Of a stretch of DNA of 64,000 nt, positions 57,832 to 64,000 are shown in pieces. Within the stretch, counting starts at the first letter, position 1; each line of letters starts with the position of its first letter. Where the stretch lies: the IMG/VR virus record IMGVR_UViG_3300047323_000304, positions 64,001-128,000 of that record, one strand, 5' to 3'. The notes beneath the pieces are model-generated. The model ran no database searches. It worked only from the letters and a program-made list of their open reading frames with translations, and was not told where the DNA came from. The stretch comes from a virus. Made by a program: the position numbers and the translations under genes.

Positions 57832-58329
57832 CTAAATTTCTCGCTTTACTTTTGTATATTCTGCAATTTCATCTTCTATTTCTTCTTTGTTTGCTATTTC
57901 AAATCTAGAACATATTTCATCTATTTTTAGATAAATTGGTTCAACAGATTCATATTTATACTTATAAAATGGAATTGTAGTAGTTTCTGTTCTTAATTGT
58001 GATGACTCTATACACACATCTCTATTTGATAATTTCAACATTTTAGAATAATATACTCTTATTTTAATATTATTCTTCCTATCATCTCTAGTGTTTTCTA
58101 CTCCTATTCTATATTCTTTTATGGACTTACTTGGTAAAACATCATATTGTATATTCCTTCCTAATTCTTCACATAAATATTGCAATGCTTCTAATTCATT
58201 ATTTGAATAATTATCAGATATATTTTTAATGAAATTGTAATAAGAAGGCAATTCTTTTAATGCATCGCTATATCTTTCTTCTCTAGAAATTATTTCTGTT
58301 AAAATTGTTTCTATCTCTAAATTTTTCAT
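57832..58329 (-). CDS. Hypothetical protein
   Basis: RBS AGGAGG; bounded by palindromes at 57814 and 58354. Confidence 0.7.
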   Translation of the reverse strand: MKNLEIETILTEIISREERYSDALKELPSYYNFIKNISDNYSNNELEALQYLCEELGRNIQYDVLPSKSIKEYRIGVENTRDDRKNNIKIRVYYSKMLKLSNRDVCIESSQLRTETTTIPFYKYKYESVEPIYLKIDEICSRFEIANKEEIEDEIAEYTKVKREI

Positions 58330-58353
58330 AATTTTATTCCTCCTAAATTTTGT

Positions 58354-58369
58354 TAAAATATAGTTTTTA
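58354..58369. repeat. TAAAA-N6-TTTTA site (perfect)
   Basis: TAAAA TATAGT TTTTA CTTGC, after the stop at 58377. Confidence 0.65.
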
Positions 58370-58376
58370 CTTGCTT

Positions 58377-58634
58377 TTACAATTTTTCTAAAATATCCAT
58401 GAATTGTTCATCTGTTAAATCCCAAATGTTAGTATCTTCGCAAAGTATTTTATTACTGAAATCTTCTTTAAGTTGCAATATAACAGATTCCTCATCTCCC
58501 ATATAATCTTCACCTAATATTTTCTCCATGACCTCGGTATCTGTAGTAACAAATTCAAAGTATTTTCCTTGTGGATAGGTATTTAATTCAAATCCTTTTG
58601 ACAGTAATAATTCTTTTGATAACATCATAAACAC
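58377..58634 (-). CDS. Hypothetical protein
   Basis: Downstream of the promoter at 58700-58728. Confidence 0.65.
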   Translation of the reverse strand: MFMMLSKELLLSKGFELNTYPQGKYFEFVTTDTEVMEKILGEDYMGDEESVILQLKEDFSNKILCEDTNIWDLTDEQFMDILEKL

Positions 58635-58699
58635 TCCATTTCATTATTTTAATTATATCCTAACTATGTGTATCTGTCATTCCTTTATCTGTTAATATA

Positions 58700-58728
58700 A
58701 TTATAAATCTTACCATTTAATAAGTCAA
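58700..58728 (-). promoter_or_regulatory. Sigma-A promoter TTGACT-N17-TATAAT
   Basis: Preceded by AAATAAATTAAAAATAATGT. Confidence 0.65.
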
Positions 58729-58795
58729 ACATTATTTTTAATTTATTTAATTATTTTAAAGTTTATCAAGATTTAATCTTTAGTATTTAAATTAT

Positions 58796-59104
58796 TTAAC
58801 TATTATAATCTCTATCCCATGTACTTGTTTCATCCGTAAGTACAAAACATTTCTTCATTCCTATAAGAACATCAAAATATTTGAATTCTAGATTTTCTAT
58901 TTTAAATATTTTTTCTTTCTCTTTAAAAAAATTATCTATGTCATTGAATAAAACTTCATCCTCGATCTTTTCTATTATTCTTTCAAAATTTTCAACATCA
59001 TTTATAGTATACATTAAAAATCTGTAGTTTTCTTTAGTAATAAAGTTAACGCAGTCTACGCCTCTCATTGGAAATACTGGAGTATGTGTGATTTTATTTT
59101 CCAT
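58796..59104 (-). CDS. Hypothetical protein
   Basis: RBS AAGGAGA. Confidence 0.65.
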   Translation of the reverse strand: MENKITHTPVFPMRGVDCVNFITKENYRFLMYTINDVENFERIIEKIEDEVLFNDIDNFFKEKEKIFKIENLEFKYFDVLIGMKKCFVLTDETSTWDRDYNS

Positions 59105-59120
59105 AATTAATTCTCCTTAA

Positions 59121-59396
59121 TTATTCTTCTACTACAATTTCAATTGTTTTATTTTTAAAATCTAACTTTATATCAGGTACGAACTCACAAACTAATTCTC
59201 CTGAATCTTCATCTACAAATCCTTCACGCAAAGCACCAGTGAACCCAAATGTTGTAGTAATAAACCATGTTATAAAATCTTCTAACTCGTAGTCTCTTTG
59301 ATATTTCTCACTTGAATTATAGATATTTTCTAAATAATCAAATAAATTTTCCATTAATAAAAACTCCCTTGCATCTTTATACTTTAATATATGCAA
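59121..59396 (-). CDS. Hypothetical protein
   Basis: Co-oriented ORF. Confidence 0.55.
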   Translation of the reverse strand: MHILKYKDAREFLLMENLFDYLENIYNSSEKYQRDYELEDFITWFITTTFGFTGALREGFVDEDSGELVCEFVPDIKLDFKNKTIEIVVEE

Positions 59397-59791
59397 AGGA
59401 GTTGTAAATATTACTATTTAATTTTATATTTTATTTAAAAGACAACAAGTTTAGAAATTTACTTTCTTATTCTTCATATTTAAAATTTTCGCAATCTCCA
59501 TCTTCTACTATCCCTTGCTCTGGAATATTCTCTTGTGTTACATCGCATATCCACTCTCCACTAAATATTGGTCTACAATTCGCACAGTCAAAACAATCGT
59601 TCTTATTTATCATAAGCTATTCCTCACTTTCTAATTCAAAATTATCTTCAGCATCTTCATTTTGGTCGTATATGAATCTACTGCAAATAGCAAAACATTT
59701 AAAATCATTATCTCTATTTTTACATCTCCCTTGACTTTCACAAATCATATGTATTCTCCTTTCAACTTCCAATTAAACATTTATTTTATTT

Positions 59792-59807
59792 TAAAATCCA
59801 TATTTTA
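59792..59807. repeat. TAAAA-N6-TTTTA site (perfect), abuts the TIR gene stop
   Basis: TAAAA TCCATA TTTTA; stop at 59808. Confidence 0.7.
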
Positions 59808-60740
59808 TTAAAATGATATATTATCTGCAATATTTTTTATTACTTGATAGTGTTCATTTTCTTTTATTTTTTCTTGCAATTCCCTTTGATTTCTTTCTTT
59901 TTCTATTTTAGACATTAAATCATTAGTTTCTTCTATACACAATACTAATGTGTCTCTATGATATTTTTTAACTTCTTCTATTGTTGTACCATTTAGAATT
60001 ATCTTTTTACCACTGATTGAAGCAATACTAGGTCTGTGCATAGAAGAAAATTGTGATGGATGATTCCATTTTTTAACAAAGATTGTTTTCCATTCATTAT
60101 TAGGATAATTAGATAATTCGAATGGAATTGTATATAAAGCACATCCTTTACTACCATCCATTCTAGGTGTAGTAACTTCATTAATTAATATTTTATTTAT
60201 CTTTATGGGAATAAAACTATTTTTTTGTATATTACTACTATTTTTAAAAGCTTTAAGTTTCTCTATAGGTGGTTCTTGAACTGGTGGAATATCTTCTTTG
60301 ATATCTAATATGCAGGCACACAAATCATTAAACATATTATCATAATTTTTAGAATATATATCATCACTTAAATCAAAATAATATTTCCCCAATAAATTTG
60401 TAGGTGCTGAATTAATCCATATTCCTTTTCTTAATATAAGTATAAATTTTTTATCATTTTGATTATTGAATAACTCTGCTGATATTATATCTCCCTCATA
60501 TCCTACACCACCTATTCTATTATTAGACTTTTCTTTATATTTCGGTGTGCATATAATTAATACAAAGTCATTATCTCTAATTTCTTTTTCCATAAAAAAT
60601 GGTAGTTTATCCCCTCCGCTTAAATTCCATGCATCTAGTCTACTCTCTATTCCATAATTTCTTAAATCAGTAGCGAGTTTTTTAACCCATGTTTTATGAT
60701 CTTCATCTTCCCAACTATACGATATAAATACTTTTTTCAT
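59808..60740 (-). CDS. TIR/SEFIR-domain protein with uncharacterised C-terminal domain
   Basis: KKVFISYSWED..HKTWVKKLA, LDAWNLSGGD...FME, FVLIICTPKY...GGVGYE (putative catalytic Glu). Confidence 0.88.
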   Translation of the reverse strand: MKKVFISYSWEDEDHKTWVKKLATDLRNYGIESRLDAWNLSGGDKLPFFMEKEIRDNDFVLIICTPKYKEKSNNRIGGVGYEGDIISAELFNNQNDKKFILILRKGIWINSAPTNLLGKYYFDLSDDIYSKNYDNMFNDLCACILDIKEDIPPVQEPPIEKLKAFKNSSNIQKNSFIPIKINKILINEVTTPRMDGSKGCALYTIPFELSNYPNNEWKTIFVKKWNHPSQFSSMHRPSIASISGKKIILNGTTIEEVKKYHRDTLVLCIEETNDLMSKIEKERNQRELQEKIKENEHYQVIKNIADNISF

Positions 60741-60770
60741 AGTATTTTACCTCCTTTAATTTTATTTACT

Positions 60771-60786
60771 TAAAATTCATCATTTA
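60771..60786. repeat. TAAAA-N6-TTTTA site (1 mismatch), upstream boundary of the TIR gene
   Basis: TAAAA TTCATC ATTTA; contains the stop of ORF 60784..61176. Confidence 0.6.
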
Positions 60787-61176
60787 AAGTCTTTTAAAAA
60801 TCTTCTTATCTTCTTCGCTAACACACTCATCACATAGAATATTCCCATCATTGTCTAAATAAAAATCACATTCATCTACACCTAATGTTTCTTCGCATTT
60901 GCCACATGTATATCTTATATAATTTAATGGATTATACCCACTAATACTTGATCCTAGAATTTCTTCCATCTCTTTTATTGTGGTTTCTGATACTTTTACC
61001 TCTGTAATATCTGCTTCCTCTAAAATTCCATAAACCTCACTATGTTTTCCTAATATTTCACCAAAATATACTTCTTGTCCCATAGCTAATTTGACTGCCT
61101 TTTCATCTGCAATAAACATTCCTTCTACATCACCTTGTCTTCTACAATCCCAATAAAATTTATATAATTTCTTCAT
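60784..61176 (-). CDS. Conserved phage protein with C-terminal Zn finger
   Basis: LYKFYWDCRRQGDVEGMFIA...VYFGEILGKHSEVYG; CGKC..CDEC. Confidence 0.7.
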   Translation of the reverse strand: MKKLYKFYWDCRRQGDVEGMFIADEKAVKLAMGQEVYFGEILGKHSEVYGILEEADITEVKVSETTIKEMEEILGSSISGYNPLNYIRYTCGKCEETLGVDECDFYLDNDGNILCDECVSEEDKKIFKRL

Positions 61177-61233
61177 TACTTAACACTCTCTTTCTTTATT
61201 TTTAATTTATTTAATTACCATCAAACTAACTTT

Positions 61234-61620
61234 TTATCTAGACTTGTCTTCTATCGCTATAATTTCAACATTGTATTCATTACAGAACTCTTCTATTAAA
61301 GTATCCGAATATATGCAAGTATAATCAAACATATACCATTTAGATAATTCTTGATTCCTCCAATAGTCACTCAATAAAATTAAAGTTTGTCTTTCTTTAT
61401 AATTCTCAACTATAACAGTTTTAATAATTTCTTCGTCTTCATCTTTGAATGTTATTTCTGTCCCAACTGGTAAAACAGATTTTACACCTTTTTCAAGTCT
61501 ACAAATAGTTTGTTTTAATTGGTCTATCTCATGTTTAATTTCTATTCCATTTTTAATATTTTCTTTATATTCTTCTTTCTTGCGATCTAATGCCTTTTGA
61601 TATTTTTCCAAATCTGACAT
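61234..61620 (-). CDS. Hypothetical protein
   Basis: RBS AAGGAGA; stop inside the palindrome at 61221-61236. Confidence 0.7.
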   Translation of the reverse strand: MSDLEKYQKALDRKKEEYKENIKNGIEIKHEIDQLKQTICRLEKGVKSVLPVGTEITFKDEDEEIIKTVIVENYKERQTLILLSDYWRNQELSKWYMFDYTCIYSDTLIEEFCNEYNVEIIAIEDKSR

Positions 61621-61636
61621 CTTTTATTTCTCTCCT

Positions 61637-61879
61637 TTAACAATTAATTAATACTTTTCCTGTGCATTTACAATTAATACATTGAAATTCTTTACCTACT
61701 GGTATTTCTTTTTCGTAATCAAAGAAATCTTTAGGGTAATAATCCCATATACCAGTACCTTCACATTCAAAACAAGGCACATAAGCATAACCTCTTTCAG
61801 TATCTTGTTCAGTAACTTCAACCTCTATTGGCGTTGTACTCCAAAATCCTACATATGCTATAGCTTTTATATTTATCAC
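61637..61879 (-). CDS. Small DnaJ-type Zn-finger (CxxCxGxG) protein
   Basis: CFECEGTG...CINCKCTG. Confidence 0.65.
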   Translation of the reverse strand: MINIKAIAYVGFWSTTPIEVEVTEQDTERGYAYVPCFECEGTGIWDYYPKDFFDYEKEIPVGKEFQCINCKCTGKVLINC

Positions 61880-61892
61880 CTCTTTATCTTAC

Positions 61893-61920
61893 TTTGCATG
61901 AAACTTAACTTTCATGCAAA
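61893..61920. repeat. Perfect 11-6-11 palindrome
   Basis: TTTGCATGAAA-CTTAAC-TTTCATGCAAA. Confidence 0.75.
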
Positions 61921-62079
61921 CTTTAAAACAACTCTATGTATTTTACTTTAACAGTTCCATCATTCAATATATTAAGTCCTACCATTCTAAATGCATCATT
62001 GAAACTATTTTGACTACTAATCCATGCATTATAGCTACCAATATCATCAAATAATTTTTCTTTTTCTTCTCTAGCCATA

Positions 62080-62382
62080 CTACTCACCAACCTTAATATC
62101 AAATATTGTATTTATACTGGATACTTGCTTATATATATTAGAATACAAACTCTCACAATCTTTAAAGTCATTATTTTCAAATTTACTATCATCAGAATCA
62201 CATTCACTTTCAATATCTAAACATAGTATTTTCCCTTTATAATTTCCTAATCCATAAGGTAGCTTTTCTTTAAATCTTCGTATGTCTTCTTTTAATGCCT
62301 CAGTTATAGAGTAACACTTAACTTCTCCTACTATAATTACCTCTTTTAAATTGTCTTTTAATATTTTATTCATCTTAATCAT
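62080..62382 (-). CDS. Hypothetical protein
   Basis: RBS AAGGAGA. Confidence 0.65.
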   Translation of the reverse strand: MIKMNKILKDNLKEVIIVGEVKCYSITEALKEDIRRFKEKLPYGLGNYKGKILCLDIESECDSDDSKFENNDFKDCESLYSNIYKQVSSINTIFDIKVGE

Positions 62383-62474
62383 TTCTCCTTCATTCTTTTT
62401 AATTTATCTTTATTCGGTCATAACTACCATACAAAATAGTATTAATGTAGTTGCTAATGCAAACATTCCACCCA

Positions 62475-62669
62475 TTACTTTAATTCCTTTAACTTATCTA
62501 TTTCAATTTTTATTTTAGTCAATAAATCCTTGTCCATTTCTAAATATTTATTATTGTCTTCTTTATACTTATCTATTGTTTCATCTTCATTATACGCATT
62601 CCTACTTGCAGAAATTAGATTTAATCCTAAAGCTAATTCTTTTAATTCTTCTAGTGTTAAATTTTCCAT
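62475..62669 (-). CDS. Hypothetical protein
   Basis: RBS GGAGGAG. Confidence 0.65.
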   Translation of the reverse strand: MENLTLEELKELALGLNLISASRNAYNEDETIDKYKEDNNKYLEMDKDLLTKIKIEIDKLKELK

Positions 62670-62671
62670 TG

Positions 62672-63211
62672 CTACTCCTCCATAATTTTAAATATTGATT
62701 TTATTAAATGCTTCTGTTCAAAATAATCATATAAATCATTACTATTTTTAAATTCTAAATCACCTTTAAATCCTTTGAACTCTTTTCTATCTAATAATAA
62801 TCTGTTAATGATATCTTTTAGTTTATCTTCACGCTTAAACATATTAATCATTCTAATATACCAATGTGATTTAATAAATAATATTTTAACTTTCTTATTA
62901 ATTCTACTATAGTCAAATGAGTTAACTCCTTGTACGTCTATAACATAGAAATCAGACTCTTCTAAATCTTCTATCGTTGTATAATATCTATATCCATTAT
63001 AGTTAGTCTTTGCAACTGCGTTATCAAATTCTTTATCTGCAATATCATCAGTTACAAATTTATGACCGATTTCTCCTTCATATCTAGCTTTTCTAGTTGT
63101 TCTGCTATTAACTTGTTTCATATTAAATTGTTGACAAATTTTATTTATTATATAAGTCTTACCGCTTCCCGACTTTCCTACTATCAGCCACAATGTTTTT
63201 TTATTATTCAT
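62672..63211 (-). CDS. gmk: Guanylate kinase-like protein
   Basis: IVGKSGSGKT, SRTTRKARYEGE..HKFV, NYNGYRY, VIDVQG. Confidence 0.85.
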   Translation of the reverse strand: MNNKKTLWLIVGKSGSGKTYIINKICQQFNMKQVNSRTTRKARYEGEIGHKFVTDDIADKEFDNAVAKTNYNGYRYYTTIEDLEESDFYVIDVQGVNSFDYSRINKKVKILFIKSHWYIRMINMFKREDKLKDIINRLLLDRKEFKGFKGDLEFKNSNDLYDYFEQKHLIKSIFKIMEE

Positions 63212-63226
63212 AATTTATATCTCCTT

Positions 63227-63991
63227 TCAATCTGTTATTTCAACTTTATATAGATATAAAGCATTGTATAATTTTTGTGGAATTTTACTCCTATAATCAT
63301 CTGCAATTTGTTTTATGTATTTTTCTTTTTCTATTTTATATACCTCAAAAGCTTGGAGTGAAGTATTAAATGATCCTAAATACTTTTGACTTTTTCCATT
63401 CTTACCTAGCATGCTAAGTTGTGATGCAAACTTATTACTAGATTTTTTAAAATAAACTCCAATTGGATATTTTCCCCTAACCTTATCTGCTTTAGTAAAC
63501 AATACATTTATTCTACTAGGTACAAACACACAAGTTTCAGGACTATATATTTTATTTCCCTTATGTAATATATCCTTATCAATTTCCATTCTTTCATCCT
63601 TAATTTTATACCAGTTTTTATGAAACCACTCTGCGAAGTTCTGAAAATTCAGCCATTCTTCACATACTTCGCAATCTATATATGTGGGATATTTACACCT
63701 ATGTTCTTCATCGTAACATCTTTTCATCATATATATCCAATATTCATAATCTTTTGTTCTATTTTTATTAACACTTGATACATATTTCCCTGTACCTAAA
63801 TATCCTATTCCATACACAGTTTTGTCATAAGGATTTGATACCGACCCATTTTTAAATTCTTTATATGCACTTTTCGCTTTGTATCCATTTTCAAATTCAA
63901 CCACTATATCTTTTGCACTGTTATATTTAATTATAGTCATTTTATTTCCATATTCATTATAATTTATTTCTCCTGTTCTATCTTGAAGCAT
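63227..63991 (-). CDS. Free-standing HNH homing endonuclease with AP2-like C-terminus
   Basis: Same 254-aa length and motifs as 9595..10359 (VCEEWLNFQNF, IDKDILHKGNKIYSPETCVFVP). Confidence 0.85.
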   Translation of the reverse strand: MLQDRTGEINYNEYGNKMTIIKYNSAKDIVVEFENGYKAKSAYKEFKNGSVSNPYDKTVYGIGYLGTGKYVSSVNKNRTKDYEYWIYMMKRCYDEEHRCKYPTYIDCEVCEEWLNFQNFAEWFHKNWYKIKDERMEIDKDILHKGNKIYSPETCVFVPSRINVLFTKADKVRGKYPIGVYFKKSSNKFASQLSMLGKNGKSQKYLGSFNTSLQAFEVYKIEKEKYIKQIADDYRSKIPQKLYNALYLYKVEITD

Positions 63992-64000
63992 TGAATATTG

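Noticed and set aside
3192-63253. Plus-strand ORFs overlapping minus-strand genes (e.g. 5402..5815, 9360..9698, 20777..21112, 35098..35556, 47185..47553), and short minus-strand alternate-frame ORFs
   Set aside because: Antisense or alternate-frame shadows of real genes, with low-complexity composition and no RBS or motifs.
1-64000. tRNA, rRNA, CRISPR arrays, inteins in DnaE/DnaB/GyrA/GyrB, alternative genetic code
   Set aside because: No T-loop or acceptor-stem signatures and no repeat-spacer periodicity were seen; protein lengths are normal; genes read through with the standard code.

Overview
A 64-kb segment of a large, very AT-rich temperate-type phage or prophage of a low-GC Firmicute. 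The host is probably a motile clostridium (inferred from anaerobic RNR, a chemoreceptor and AGGAGG-type RBSs), and the organisation is SPbeta/c-st-like. Three plus-strand genes open the window: a tyrosine recombinase with a complete catalytic set and two small membrane proteins. They converge on a long minus-strand region containing nucleotide-metabolism genes (DHFR, thyA, dUTPase, an intron-split NrdD fused to NrdG, guanylate kinase), an ATP-dependent ligase, a two-subunit type IIA topoisomerase and a replication block (SSB-like, AAA ATPase, DnaB, primase, PD-(D/E)xK nuclease, DnaE). The region also holds five HNH endonucleases and about 70 small accessory ORFs. Notable cargo includes a soluble methyl-accepting chemotaxis protein, a GH13 alpha-amylase, a TIR/SEFIR protein, a 3D-domain protein, a DUF4942-type methyltransferase and a Pol-beta-like nucleotidyltransferase. 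The strongest unexplained signal is a dispersed palindrome, TAAAA-N6-TTTTA. I found 15 perfect and about 18 near-perfect copies by eye, sitting at the 3' ends of accessory genes and of the recombinase gene itself, and none between the core replication genes. This suggests a recombinase-driven gene-cassette system or a genome-wide operator. Also present: a 275-nt ORF-less group I intron, a 276-bp Tn3-family MITE splitting a gene, a candidate antisense sRNA and a candidate structured leader RNA. I recognised no tRNA, rRNA or CRISPR array. All family calls come from motif recognition; no database searches were run.
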